The notes: generated by a model not told the origin, from the sequence alone. DNA of 64,000 nt from Daphnia carinata (GCF_022539665.2 NC_081332.1:372001-436000); one strand, 5' to 3'. Counted from the first letter of the stretch, positions 23,018 through 34,320 are shown. Program-made: numbers and translations.

Positions 23018-26000
23018 CTAATTTCTATAACGCATTGGTAGTCTTCGATTTCTGTGCGGGCGTCCGGTAGCATTTTGGGGTGGCAATTCTTCAGGCTGAT
23101 CGATGGCTGGCGCCACCTGACAAGCATCAGATTCAGGATTTATTATTGCAGCTGCGTTGTTTCCGTGAATTATTGTGGTGTTAAGTGGGCTATTGCACAT
23201 GTCATCAAAAGCCGACTTATTATCGTCTGAAGAATATATTCCTTGGGTTTCGCTGACTAAAGGAGAATGTCGTTTATTGTTTTGGTTGGCGGCCATTTGT
23301 AACTTCGCTGACTCCAATTCCACCGTTTCGGGTTCCGCACTTTCCACATCCGCGTTTTCTGCGGCTCTTGCTTCCATATCCACATTCTCCAATTCCAAAG
23401 GTTCCAATTCCATGTTTTCCAACTCGCTCGTTGTTAGCTCCATATTTTCCATAGTTTCCATTGTTTGGGTGGAAATCGATTTATGAAATCGATTCTCGAA
23501 CTTCGAAGGCCTACCATATACTGTTTTACATTCGCTCTTTTATTATATTGTTCCCTCTGACGTTTCCTTGCTTTTTCGCTCTCCTCACGGACGCGCTGGA
23601 AACTGTAACGCAAGCGATCAGCCAAGTTACCTACGTAATCTGATGCGGAGGTAAATGTTTTTGGGGAAGCGTCAAGGAATTCATTAATGGGTATATTGGG
23701 ATCTCTACCGTGCAGTAAATAATACGGGGTTTCACATGTCGAAGAGTGGACAGAACTACGGTAAGCAAATAAAACATCATCCAGCATATCTTCCCAGTTC
23801 TCATGTTCACCATCTTTTAATTCCTTTCTCAACATTGTCGTCATTGTACGATTAAATCTTTCAGTTTCTCCATTACTAGCTGGATTATAGGCGGTAGTTA
23901 ATCTTTGCTCAATATTTAATGTTTTACAAAAATAACGAAATAGCTTCGATGTGAAATTGGTTCCACGATCGGAAAGAATAGCTTTAGGCATACCATGTCT
24001 AACTATAATTGTCTTATATACACATTCTGCTGTCGTCTCTGCTGTTTGGTCTTTTAACGCAACAGCTTCTACCCACCGGCTAAAATAATCAAATTAAATC
24101 AAATAAAAAATCAAAATAAATTGGCGTAATTGGGCCCAAAAAGTCCATCCCAATGACTTGGAAAGAAGCTTTAGCTATTTCATGAGGGTGCAATATTGCC
24201 CTATATGTTGAAGAAGTGTTGGCGGTGCACACCACACAAGCCTGGCAGTATTCTTTAATTTCCTTTCTCATATTTGGCCAATAATAATGATTCTTTATTT
24301 TCAAATAGGTTTTATAAAAAGCTAAATGTCCGCCCATCGGAGCGTCATGTAATTCCTTGAGCACTAGATGGCGTAACGATGCAGGCAAGACTAACTGATG
24401 GTTAGTTTCGTTTCTTTTGCTATCGGCAGGTGGCAGCACGTGCCGGTAAAGTGTACCATCAATAACTTCGAAATAATCAATTTCTTTAACCCAATCCGGC
24501 TTAGATTGAAGAAAAGATTCCTCGACTTCTCCGTTATCCAAATAATTATGAATGGCTATGCAAAGGTCGTCTTCCAATTGTTTCTCGCAAATTAAGGTAA
24601 TTTTGCTTTCAGTTTGGATACTGGCTACTTTTAAGCGTGACAGGCAATCCGCGTTTTGGTGGACACGTCCCGGCCTATATTTTAATTCATAATTCGTCGC
24701 GGCCAATAGTATAGCCCATCTACCTAATCTACCATTATTATCTTTTTGATCTTTAAGCCATTGCAAGGGACGGTGGTCACTAATAATTTCAAATGGTTTA
24801 TCCAATAGATAATGCCTAAAATGCTTAATGGCATCTACGACTGCTAAGGCTTCCTTTTCTGTCGTACTATAATTCGATTCTGCTTTTGTTAACTGTCTAC
24901 TGGAGTAGGCTATGGGATGTTCCTGGCCATTTTGAATTTGAGATAGCACTGCTCCAATGCCGTAATCGCAGGCATCGGTGAAAAGGATAAATTTTTCATT
25001 GAAATTGGGGTACGCAAGAACTGGTGGCGTTACTAGAGAATTGCGCAATTTCTCGAAAGCAACTTGTTCCTCAGGTCCCCAACTAAAAGGCTTCCTGCTA
25101 AGATCTTTATGAGTTAAACGAGTTAACGGTTTGGCAATCGATCCAAAATCTTTAATAAATCTTCTGTAGTATCCAGCTAATCCGAGAAATGATCTGATTT
25201 CGTCGACTGAAGTCGGTGTTTTATAATTGACTATTTTGTCAACTTTGAGCGGATCAGGTTTAATACCATCGGTCGATATTACGTGACCTAGATAATTTAC
25301 TGAGCGTTTAATAAACTGGCATTTCTTGAGTTTCAATTTCAGATTGGCATCTCGTAATAATTCAAAAATTTCTCGAATATCACGTAAATGATCTTCGAAA
25401 GTATCTGAAAAGATTATAACATCATCCAGATAAACTAATGTTTTACGCCCCAAGACGTCTCTCAGTACGTAGTTCATTAGCCGTTGGAATGTGGCAGGTG
25501 CGTTGCACAAGCCAAATGCCATACGTTTAAATTCGTAGAGGTTGTTTTCTACCACAAACGCTGTTTTTTCAATAGCTGGATCATCAATTTGAATTTGCCA
25601 ATAGCCTGAAGCTAAATCAAGAGTTGTGAAAAATTTCTTCCCATATAATTTGTCTAATGTTTCGTCTATTCTAGGCATAGGGAATGAATCTTTTTTCGTA
25701 ATACTATTTAATTTTCTATAATCAACACAAAATCTTACTTCTCCACACTTCTTTTCTACTAAAACCACGGGTGAAGCCCATGGGGAATGCGAATACTGAA
25801 TGACATCTGCATCAAGCATTTCTTGAATTTTATCATCTAATAATTTCCTTTGGTTATTTGTTACTCTGTATGGGCGTTGTCGAATGGGGCCTCGTCCTTG
25901 TGTATCAATCGTATGTTTTATAAGGTTGGTGTTTCCTAATTCTGAATCTTTGGACGCGAACAAGTCGTGAAAGTCGATTAATAATTTTGAAAGCGGTTCT

Positions 26001-26827
26001 TGAAATTCGGAATCTACTTCTGTGAGTAAAATTGGCTCAATTACTGGTTTAGGATTATCTTCTAATTTCGCTAAAGAAATTTTTCCGATAACACTTCCAA
26101 CTATGTCAATTATGCCTAATTTAGTGTTTCTAGGAATTTTGATTTGATGTAGTGAATGATTCTCGACCAAAATTTTATAAGTTCCATCTCCCGATACATT
26201 GCCGATAAATTCTTCGATATAAATGCCTGCTGGCAGATCTTTTGCTGGGGTAAATATAAATGCTGTATTTTGTGGGACATACGGAAATGAACCCTTCATT
26301 TCCGCTGCAATTACTATCGACGTCTGACGAAATAGCGTCGTCTTTTTGACCGTAGTAACTGCCATGTCGGGTACCTCAGAGATGGCTGATCCCTGCTCAT
26401 CCCTCGCTAGGTAAATGCTCCTGGCTTCTCCGTCAAGCCGAAATCCGTGCTTCTGGATTGCATCCCATCCAAGGATACAGTCCTCAGAAACACCATTAGT
26501 TACAATAAATTCCTGCTCAAAAACTGTTTCTCCGTATCGTACGGGTAAAATAACTCTTCCCAGCGTATGTAATTTTTTCTCCCCTACATCATATAAATCG
26601 AAGTCAAGCTGACTGCAGATCACCTGACCTCTAGGGGGTAACTTATTAAATAATCTCTCATGGATAATACTTTTAGACGCGCCTGTATCAAATAGTGCTT
26701 GTAACGGGATCTGAAGAATTTTCAATGGAATTCTAGGGGTCGATTTATTCGTAATAGTGGTTAATTTTGCGACTTGTCGGGGTTTAGTATGAGGCTCGTT
26801 ATCAACTGACCCGAAGCTACAGTTCAT
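23018..26827 (-). pseudogene. pol: Gy2 pol (PR, RT, RNase H, integrase), integrase disrupted at ~24100 and ~23490
   Basis: LFDTGA, FCVDYRKLN, YLDD, FTDAC, HHCC zinc finger, SDRG, NGETER; acidic/basic tail 23018-23461. Confidence 0.93.
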
Positions 26828-26842
26828 AGCTACTGGTTTCCC
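26805..26842 (-). promoter_or_regulatory. Predicted -1 ribosomal frameshift signal at the gag/pol junction
   Basis: G GGA AAC slippery heptamer before the gag TAG; the -1 frame is the pol frame; downstream AGCTA/TAGCT and AACTG/CAGTT stems. Confidence 0.75.
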
Positions 26843-29547
26843 TGGTGTTGAGGGGGCCCTGGAATATTTGGTCTTTGCGAATTCCTATATTTTGGACAAA
26901 TATTAGACTTATGCCCAATTTCTCGACAGGAATAGCAGATTGGAGGCTGGGCTTGTTCCAGAGTGTGACGCTGAAATTGACGACAATTGGACTGAGTGTG
27001 ACCGCGGTAACCACAAAAATCACACGTTATGATCTGCTGATCTGACCTGTTATTATTATTATTGCTAGGTGGCCTCGAGAAGGAGGACGCAACTGGCGTC
27101 GGTCTGTTTGGAAATCGAGAAGGTTGGTGATGGTATGGGTTAGGATTAAAATTATTATTGTTATAATTGTTACTGGGACGATGCTGGGGAGGCCTCCAGT
27201 TTCTGTCTTGATTGGCGTTATTCGATTGGAATGAAACTTGTTTCCTATTAGGAGTGCCTGGTGTAGCCTGAGAATAATCTTTCCTATCTTGCTGGAGTCG
27301 ATTAACAGCCTGTATGAGTTCGTGAAGAACATCCTTAATCTCATCTTTGTCCGACTTTGGATTATCCCCTTGCTTATGGCTAAGGCGAATATTGGCAACG
27401 GCACTGCTTACAATTTCTTTCTGGTCACTTAACATTTGCTTAAGTTCTTTTAATTCCGAATTTTTTGTGTTAAATGACTCGTCAATTGCCCTAACAAATT
27501 CATGCCTCTCATTGTCTGTTTCCAAGGCTTCCAGCCGAACGGCGTAAACGCGAGTTGCTGCTACGAGCTCGTGAAAATCTTTGAATTCCTTATATCTGAC
27601 CTTAGCTTGCAATTTGGAATCCAATCCATCGATAAATTTCTGCATGAGAATAACTGCGAAAGATTTTTCCATATAACCATCAGGGTATGCCTTTTTAAAA
27701 ATTTCTTGTAGACGATGAGCATAATCTACAATTTTTTCCCCAGGCTTACGTTTAGCTTTATTGAATTTCTTGATGTATACATCAACATTTTCATCCCCGT
27801 GAAAGTGATCGAGCAAAGCCGTTTTAATGGAGCCATAGTTGTATGGATGCTGTTTAATTAAGGTTTGTATGAGTGAAAAAGCTTTATCTGTTAATTTTGC
27901 TCGCATCATCTGAATAATTTTTCCTTCAGACCATCCTGCCCCATCAACTATACTCTCAAAAGATTCTAGCCAAGAGTCAAAGCGAGTAATTGGACTACCG
28001 GAAAAGGGAGGAAGTAATTGTAAGCGTGAAAAGGTATGCTGGTTGTTTTGTAAATCATTTAAATCGTTTACCGTAGCTGCCCTGGTAGGGGAATAAGAGT
28101 AAGCCATATTGTTGGTAAAAAAAGTTATAGGAGAGTTTGGAGCCCTGTGATGGCGAGATTGCGTGGTGCCCGGAATGCGGTTCGAAACTGGCCGGAATTC
28201 GCCAATATTGTTGTCGGTCAGTGGTATCGACGGTTTCGGAATCGTAGTCGTTCTGTCTTGCGCTTGTCGTTCTGCTGTGATGATGTCGGACAAGTTGGGG
28301 TAATCTCCAGCTCTTCCTGGGTTTCCCGAATGGACGATAGCAACTGTTTCAATTGTTTGGCAGTCTGGGCGAGGAGGTCTTTGACGAAGGCCGATAGCTG
28401 CTTGTGGCACGGTCTTGCCACTCTCCGGAAGTGGGTCAATCTGTTCCCGAGGAGTATCAGTTCGGGTAACAGTGATTCCAAGCTGGTGATTGATTGTAGT
28501 TTTCTTATGAACGAGAGTAGGTTTAGTATGGCCGCGAGAAGAGACAGCTGGAATTCCAACAAGGTTTTCTCTAGGCGGATCGAGAATTCGAATGTTTCCA
28601 GGATCAGAAACTCGTATCGCCTCTCGTCCTCGCTGATTTGCGTCGTCGCTCTCGGCACAAAGCCGAAGAGGGTCGTGTCCTTCGCTGGTACGAGCGTCTG
28701 TAGTTCCTCTATGCTGTACGTCTGTCCTAGCAGGAACGTCGTAAACTGCCTCGCATACGTCGTAAAGGACGTCGTCAACTCGGACGCCTGTTGATCCGCC
28801 TTCCGCGTCGTCCGCTTTATCTGCCCGCTGGCCCTCACTTCTTGAATCGCAGCTAAGTATTTCAGGAATATTGTCGGCGTCTCCACGTCCGTCAGCAACT
28901 GCGGTTTGCCCAGGGGGCGGTCCCTCAGCCCGAAATCGTTCAGTAGCCGGTTCAGCTGGTCCCAAATTTTCGGGTTGTGTGACTGGAAGTCCAACACCCT
29001 CTCCTTCAGGCACTTGAGTGCTAATATCAGGGACGGAATTGGACTTGACGGCGTCGGAAATACTTTGGATGGATTGCTCTGGATCTCGTGGTATAGGTGA
29101 TGGAGACTCAAGTTGAGGTGATCGTCCATTCACTGGGCTTTTCTTTTGAAAGAAGCTTAAAAGAGTACTCGAGAGGAGACTAGCCTTTGATTCGCTTTTC
29201 GTAGGTGATTTTGGAGGAGCAAGACGAGAAAAGAACTTAGCATAAACCGATCGTGGACGTTGAGTGGAAGCGGCAGTAGACTTAGCACGTGTACCAGTTT
29301 GTTTATTGGTGGGTTTAACGAACGGAGCGACTTCCTCATAAGCAGGATTCGACCGTAATTTACGTAACTGAGTATTATCTGTCTGCACTTCAGGTTTCAA
29401 AACAGGGGAAGCAGATTTCTTAACGGCCTCAGTGTCTGCTTCTGACGCTTTACAGCCCTGAAACTTATCTAACGTGGACGTAGAACGACCTGATAGTTTC
29501 TCAAAATCAATTAACTTAGCAACTGTTTCGTCGGTTATTTGTACCAC
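26830..29547 (-). CDS. gag: Gy2 gag (first ATG at 28107; two CCHC knuckles) with long AUG-free upstream extension
   Basis: LPPFSG...WL..FE capsid-like motif; CDFCGYRGHTQSNC and CYSCREIGHKSNIC. Confidence 0.9.
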   Translation of the reverse strand: MVQITDETVAKLIDFEKLSGRSTSTLDKFQGCKASEADTEAVKKSASPVLKPEVQTDNTQLRKLRSNPAYEEVAPFVKPTNKQTGTRAKSTAASTQRPRSVYAKFFSRLAPPKSPTKSESKASLLSSTLLSFFQKKSPVNGRSPQLESPSPIPRDPEQSIQSISDAVKSNSVPDISTQVPEGEGVGLPVTQPENLGPAEPATERFRAEGPPPGQTAVADGRGDADNIPEILSCDSRSEGQRADKADDAEGGSTGVRVDDVLYDVCEAVYDVPARTDVQHRGTTDARTSEGHDPLRLCAESDDANQRGREAIRVSDPGNIRILDPPRENLVGIPAVSSRGHTKPTLVHKKTTINHQLGITVTRTDTPREQIDPLPESGKTVPQAAIGLRQRPPRPDCQTIETVAIVHSGNPGRAGDYPNLSDIITAERQAQDRTTTIPKPSIPLTDNNIGEFRPVSNRIPGTTQSRHHRAPNSPITFFTNNMAYSYSPTRAATVNDLNDLQNNQHTFSRLQLLPPFSGSPITRFDSWLESFESIVDGAGWSEGKIIQMMRAKLTDKAFSLIQTLIKQHPYNYGSIKTALLDHFHGDENVDVYIKKFNKAKRKPGEKIVDYAHRLQEIFKKAYPDGYMEKSFAVILMQKFIDGLDSKLQAKVRYKEFKDFHELVAATRVYAVRLEALETDNERHEFVRAIDESFNTKNSELKELKQMLSDQKEIVSSAVANIRLSHKQGDNPKSDKDEIKDVLHELIQAVNRLQQDRKDYSQATPGTPNRKQVSFQSNNANQDRNWRPPQHRPSNNYNNNNFNPNPYHHQPSRFPNRPTPVASSFSRPPSNNNNNRSDQQIITCDFCGYRGHTQSNCRQFQRHTLEQAQPPICYSCREIGHKSNICPKYRNSQRPNIPGPPQHQGNQ
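28218..29129 (-). CDS. Gy2 overlapping ORF0 (303 aa, Leu-rich, helical-looking), unknown function
   Basis: True ATG start; 303 codons open in a second frame inside the gag-frame extension. Confidence 0.6.
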   Translation of the reverse strand: MDDHLNLSLHHLYHEIQSNPSKVFPTPSSPIPSLILALKCLKERVLDFQSHNPKIWDQLNRLLNDFGLRDRPLGKPQLLTDVETPTIFLKYLAAIQEVRASGQIKRTTRKADQQASELTTSFTTYARQFTTFLLGQTYSIEELQTLVPAKDTTLFGFVPRATTQISEDERRYEFLILETFEFSIRLEKTLLEFQLSLLAAILNLLSFIRKLQSITSLESLLPELILLGNRLTHFRRVARPCHKQLSAFVKDLLAQTAKQLKQLLSSIRETQEELEITPTCPTSSQQNDKRKTERLRFRNRRYH

Positions 29548-29643
29548 TGGCGTTAGGGGAACAAGGGGGGTGCTTACAGGCGTGCGAGGTATCCTATGTC
29601 CGCCATAAATAACATCATCCGTTATTGTGGTTGAGTTCGAGAA

Positions 29644-29655
29644 ACCGCTGCCACA
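29644..29655 (-). promoter_or_regulatory. Gy2 primer-binding site (tRNA-Leu type)
   Basis: TG-TGGCAGCGGT just after the 5' LTR, matching tRNA-Leu ...ACCGCTGCCA. Confidence 0.65.
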
Positions 29656-29658
29656 TAA

Positions 29659-30384
29659 TGTAAAGCATCTTCCCGTGTGGGAAGATGAACTTTACGGAAT
29701 TAAGACAATAAAATGATATTGAACTCAGAGGCGTTTTTACCCACAATGACGTCTGTGTTTATTATAGCTAAGATACAAGAATTAAAAAGATAAGAGAGCA
29801 ACAGATACGAAGGAACATTTGAGGAAACAGTTAAAGAAAGAACAAATAACCAGGGGGTCTTACCGTGAACTCACGAGTGAAAGAATGGAAGAGAAACGAC
29901 ACAAGGCGAACTTGGAATTCGGCTTCTACACAAGCGGTACACGACAAGAGTTCAGACACTTTAGAGTGGACAACAATGTCCGAAAACCTTGGGACGAGAA
30001 CGAGATTTTACTCAAGGTTTAAGTATGGAAACATTAACTAAGACACAATACTACTCAATAAGGCAAGGAAGATAGGCTTAAGGCAACTACTTGTTTCGGC
30101 TGCAACTACTTGTCTCGGCTGCAACTACTTGTCTGATCTTCATCAATAGCTGGGTTCATCACGAAACTTTGCATCTTGCAAAAGTGGCGTGATTGGGCGG
30201 AGCTTGTGTAACCCGTTCGATGTGGCGTGGTGTTGGGGCGTATCGTCTGCGTGAGTCAGCTGCAGGTGTTCATTTGGGTCAGCTGCACTGCGTACATAGT
30301 GTTGCAATTGTCGTGCCCAGACTTGTATTCACTACTGAAGCAAAAGCGAGAAAAAGTTAAAGTAGTATATTCGGCTTCGTTACA
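29659..30384 (-). repeat. Gy2 5' LTR
   Basis: ~6 substitutions, a 1-bp indel and a 26-bp deletion relative to 16927-17679. Confidence 0.96.
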
Positions 30385-30496
30385 ATACACTGGAAAACTT
30401 TCAAAGTGGAAATGAAAAAAAAGCGCGTTTGTCACAAGAGTGGCTTCTACGAAAAAGGTGGTGTTGAAAAATGTTTGTCGTTGGCTTCACTGTCTC

Positions 30497-30568
30497 AGGT
30501 TCTACTGAGAATCGAACTCAGATTGTCAGAGTCAAAGTCTGAAGTGCTAACCATTACACCATGGAACC
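30497..30568 (-). tRNA. tRNA-Gln(TTG)
   Basis: GGTTCCATGGTGTAATGG...TCAGA-CTTTGAC-TCTGA. Confidence 0.85.
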
Positions 30569-30680
30569 GTCATATAAGTTTGACCCTGTAAGTTTCACCA
30601 AGAAACCAACGGTTTTATTGCGATTATAATTTCGTAAGTATTCGATAAATTTCGGTATCAATTGGAGGATTACATGATTA

Positions 30681-30762
30681 CGACGAAGATGGGATTCGAA
30701 CCCACGCGTGCAATGCACAATGGATTAGCAGTCCATCACCTTAACCGCTCGGTCACCTCGTC
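30681..30762 (-). tRNA. tRNA-Ser(GCT)
   Basis: GACGAGG...CTGCTAA, long variable arm. Confidence 0.93.
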
Positions 30763-30890
30763 CATAATCTGGCTCGAATTTCACTTGGGTCACAATGATC
30801 CGTAGCCAAATTTCAACAGAGTTTTCCATAACTGTGCATATCACTTATTTGATTTGAAGTATATTCCAATTAAAGAATGAAATTTAACGA

Positions 30891-30963
30891 CGCCCGATGA
30901 GGGACTTGAACCCTCGACCTCAGGATTAAAAGTCCCGCGCTCTACCGACTGAGCTAACCGGGC
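30891..30963 (-). tRNA. tRNA-Lys(TTT)
   Basis: GCCCGGTTAGCTCAGTCGG...CTTTTAA. Confidence 0.93.
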
Positions 30964-31063
30964 TTCCACATTGCCTCTGCGATGAAAACCTCAATTGTTT
31001 CTCTGTTGCCTCTAACGAAAGAACGACTTTTTTTTTCATGATTACTATTCTCACCCATTTTAC

Positions 31064-31136
31064 GCCTCGATAGCGCAGTAGGCAGCGCGCGAGTCTCATA
31101 ATCTCGAGGTCGTGAGTTCGAACCTCACTCGGGGCA
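31064..31136 (+). tRNA. tRNA-Met(CAT)
   Basis: Identical to 4960-5032. Confidence 0.93.
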
Positions 31137-31640
31137 GTTTCTGCATAAGATTTTTGTTCCAACATTTAGATTCAACTCGCACTGCAAGGGCAGTGTTCGA
31201 TCGCATCGTTCTCAATTTTAATTCAAACATGAACCAAATCCAAATCGATCCGCCTGATCACTGGGAGATAATCGTCTTAGGGAAATTGCACTCAGAGTAA
31301 CACAAGTTAACCGATTCAGAAGAAAACAGCATAACTTAAACCACATAAATAGGTTGTTACTTAGTGTTCCACACCGTATATCAAAGTAGTATTCGGGGAG
31401 GAAAAGAAGCAGGCGACAAAATAAGGGGGAGAACAGTTAATGTGTTTTTGCTTTCAAGGTAGAGCCAGTCTCAGGGACACAGGAGAAATGGTTCAAACGT
31501 TGACTTAAAGAAGGGGTAAGTTTCTACGATACACTGCAAAACTTTCAAAGTGGAAATGAAAAAAAAGCGCGTTTGTCACAAGAGTGGCTTCTACGAAAAA
31601 GGTGGTGTTGAAAAATGTTTGTCGTTGGCTTCACTGTCTC

Positions 31641-31710
31641 AGGTCCTACTGAGATTTGAACTCAGATTGTCAGAGTCAAAGTCTGAAGTGCTAACCATTA
31701 CACCAGAACC
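31641..31710 (-). pseudogene. tRNA-Gln(TTG) with 2-nt acceptor-stem deletion
   Basis: caccagaacc vs caccatggaacc in the other units. Confidence 0.75.
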
Positions 31711-31822
31711 GTCATATAAGTTTGACCCTGTAAGTTTCACCAAGAAACCAACGGTTTTATTGCGATTATAATTTCGTAAGTATTCGATAAATTTCGGTAT
31801 CAATTGGAGGATTAAATGATCA

Positions 31823-31904
31823 CGACGAAGATGGGATTCGAACCCACGCGTGCAATGCACAATGGATTAGCAGTCCATCACCTTAACCGCTCGGTCACCT
31901 CGTC
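31823..31904 (-). tRNA. tRNA-Ser(GCT)
   Basis: Array A copy. Confidence 0.93.
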
Positions 31905-32032
31905 CGCAATCTGGCTCGAATTTCACTTGGGTCACAATGATCCGTAGCCAAATTTCAACAGAGTTTTCCATAACTGTGCATATCACTTATTTGATTTGAA
32001 GTATATTCCAATTAAAGAATGAAATTTAACGA

Positions 32033-32105
32033 CGCCCGATGAGGGACTTGAACCCTCGACCTCAGGATTAAAAGTCCCGCGCTCTACCGACTGAGCTAAC
32101 CGGGC
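32033..32105 (-). tRNA. tRNA-Lys(TTT)
   Basis: Array A copy. Confidence 0.93.
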
Positions 32106-32205
32106 TTCCACATTGCCTCTGCGATGAAAACCTCAATTGTTTCTCTGTTGCCTCTAACGAAAGAACGACTTTTTTTTTCATGATTACTATTCTCACCCAT
32201 TTTAC

Positions 32206-32278
32206 GCCTCGATAGCGCAGTAGGCAGCGCGCGAGTCTCATAATCTCGAGGTCGTGAGTTCGAACCTCACTCGGGGCA
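32206..32278 (+). tRNA. tRNA-Met(CAT)
   Basis: Array A copy. Confidence 0.93.
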
Positions 32279-32781
32279 GTTTCTGCATAAGATTTTTGTT
32301 CCAACATTTAGATTCAACTCGCACTGCAAGGGCAGTGTTCGATCGCATCGTTCTCAATTTTAATTCAAACATGAACCAAATCCAAATCGATCCGCCTGAT
32401 CACTGGGAGATAATCGTCTTAGGGAAATTGCACTCAGAGTAACACAAGTTAACCGATTCAGAAGAAAACAGCATAACTTAAACCACATAAATAGGTTGTT
32501 ACTTAGTGTTCCACACCGTATATCAAAGTAGTATTCGGGGAGGAAAAGAAGCAGGCGACAAAATAAGGGGGGAGAACAGTTAATGTGTTTTTGCTTTCAA
32601 GGTAGAGCCAGTCTCAGGGACACAGGAGAAATGGTTCAAACGTTGACTTAAAGAAGGGGTAAGTTTCTACGATACACTGCAAAACTTTCAAAGTGGAAAT
32701 GAAAAAAGCGCGTTTGTCACAAGAGTGGCTTCTACGAAAAAGGTGGTGTTGAAAAATGTTTGTCGTTGGCTTCACTGTCTC

Positions 32782-32853
32782 AGGTCCTACTGAGAATCGA
32801 ACTCAGATTGTCAGAGTCAGAGTCTGAAGTGCTAACCATTACACCATGGAACC
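32782..32853 (-). tRNA. tRNA-Gln(CTG)
   Basis: Loop CTCTGAC. Confidence 0.85.
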
Positions 32854-32965
32854 GTCATATAAGTTTGACCCTGTAAGTTTCACCAAGAAACCAACGGTTT
32901 TATTGCGATTATAATTTCGTAAGTATTCGATAAATTTCGGTATCAATTGGAGGATTACATGATTA

Positions 32966-33047
32966 CGACGAAGATGGGATTCGAACCCACGCGTGCAATG
33001 CACAATGGATTAGCAGTCCATCACCTTAACCGCTCGGTCACCTCGTC
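32966..33047 (-). tRNA. tRNA-Ser(GCT)
   Basis: Array A copy. Confidence 0.93.
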
Positions 33048-33175
33048 CAGAATCTGGCTCGAATTTCACTTGGGTCACAATGATCCGTAGCCAAATTTCA
33101 ACAGAGTTTTCCATAACTGTGCATATCACTTATTTGATTTGAAGTATATTCCAATTAAAGAATGAAATTTTAGGA

Positions 33176-33248
33176 CGCCCGATAAGGGACTTGAACCCTT
33201 GACCTCAGGATTAAAAGTCCCGCGCTCTACCGACTGAGCTAACCGGGC
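33176..33248 (-). tRNA. tRNA-Lys(TTT), T-stem variant
   Basis: AAGGG/CCCTT instead of GAGGG/CCCTC. Confidence 0.93.
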
Positions 33249-33348
33249 TTACACATTGCCTCTGCGATGAAAACCTCAATTGTTTCTCTGTTGCCTCTAA
33301 CGAAAGAACGACTTTTTTTTTCATGATTACTATTCTCACCCATTTTAC

Positions 33349-33421
33349 GCCTCGATAGCGCAGTAGGCAGCGCGCGAGTCTCATAATCTCGAGGTCGTGA
33401 GTTCGAACCTCACTCGGGGCA
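33349..33421 (+). tRNA. tRNA-Met(CAT)
   Basis: Array A copy. Confidence 0.93.
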
Positions 33422-33926
33422 GTTTCTGCATAAGATTTTTGTTCCAACATTTAGATTCAACTCGCACTGCAAGGGCAGTGTTCGATCGCATCGTTCTCAA
33501 TTTTAATTCAAACATGAACCAAATCCAAATCGATCCGCCTGATCACTGGGAGATAATCGTCTTAGGGAAATTGCACTCAGAGTAACACAAGTTAACCGAT
33601 TCAGAAGAAAACAGCATAACTTAAACCACATAAATAGGTTGTTACTTAGTGTTCCACACCGTATATCAAAGTAGTATTCGGGGAGGAAAAGAAGCAGGCG
33701 ACAAAATAAGGGGGGAGAACAGTTAATGTGTTTTTGCTTTCAAGGTAGAGCCAGTCTCAGGGACACAGGAGAAATGGTTCAAACGTTGACTTAAAGAAGG
33801 GGTAAGTTTCTACGATACACTGCAAAACTTTCAAAGTGGAAATGAAAAAAAAGCGCGTTTGTCACAAGAGTGGCTTCTACGAAAAAGGTGGTGTTGAAAA
33901 ATGTTTGTCGTTGGCTTCACTGTCTC

Positions 33927-33998
33927 AGGTCCTACTGAGAATCGAACTCAGATTGTCAGAGTCAGAGTCTGAAGTGCTAACCATTACACCATGGAACC
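33927..33998 (-). tRNA. tRNA-Gln(CTG)
   Basis: Loop CTCTGAC. Confidence 0.85.
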
Positions 33999-34110
33999 GT
34001 CATATAAGTTTGACCCTGTAAGTTTCACCAAGAAACCAACGGTTTTATTGCGATTATAATTTCGTAAGTATTCGATAAATTTCGGTATCAATTGGAGGAT
34101 TAAATGATCA

Positions 34111-34192
34111 CGACGAAGATGGGATTCGAACCCACGCGTGCAATGCACAATGGATTAGCAGTCCATCACCTTAACCGCTCGGTCACCTCGTC
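34111..34192 (-). tRNA. tRNA-Ser(GCT)
   Basis: Array A copy. Confidence 0.93.
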
Positions 34193-34320
34193 CGCCATCT
34201 GGCTCGAATTTCACTTGGGTCACAATGATCCGTAGCCAAATTTCAACAGAGTTTTCCATAACTGTGCATATCACTTATTTGATTTGAAGTATATTCCAAT
34301 TAAAGAATGAAATTTAACGA

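Larger units (their letters stand above)
16927..30384 (-). mobile_element. Ty3/gypsy provirus Gy2 (ORF0/gag-pol-accessory region-env)
   Basis: 753/726-bp LTRs with TG...CA ends, 4-bp TSD ATAC (16923-16926 and 30385-30388), PBS. Confidence 0.96.

Noticed and set aside
23018..23461. Separate acidic 147-aa gene
   Set aside because: It ends in an R-x-x-R-x-x-R-x-P-x-R-Y tail typical of gypsy integrase C-termini; likely the pol tail cut off by a deletion.
28147..28794. 215-aa plus-strand ORF antisense to the Gy2 leader
   Set aside because: No recognisable features; plausibly a by-product of constraint on the two minus-strand frames.
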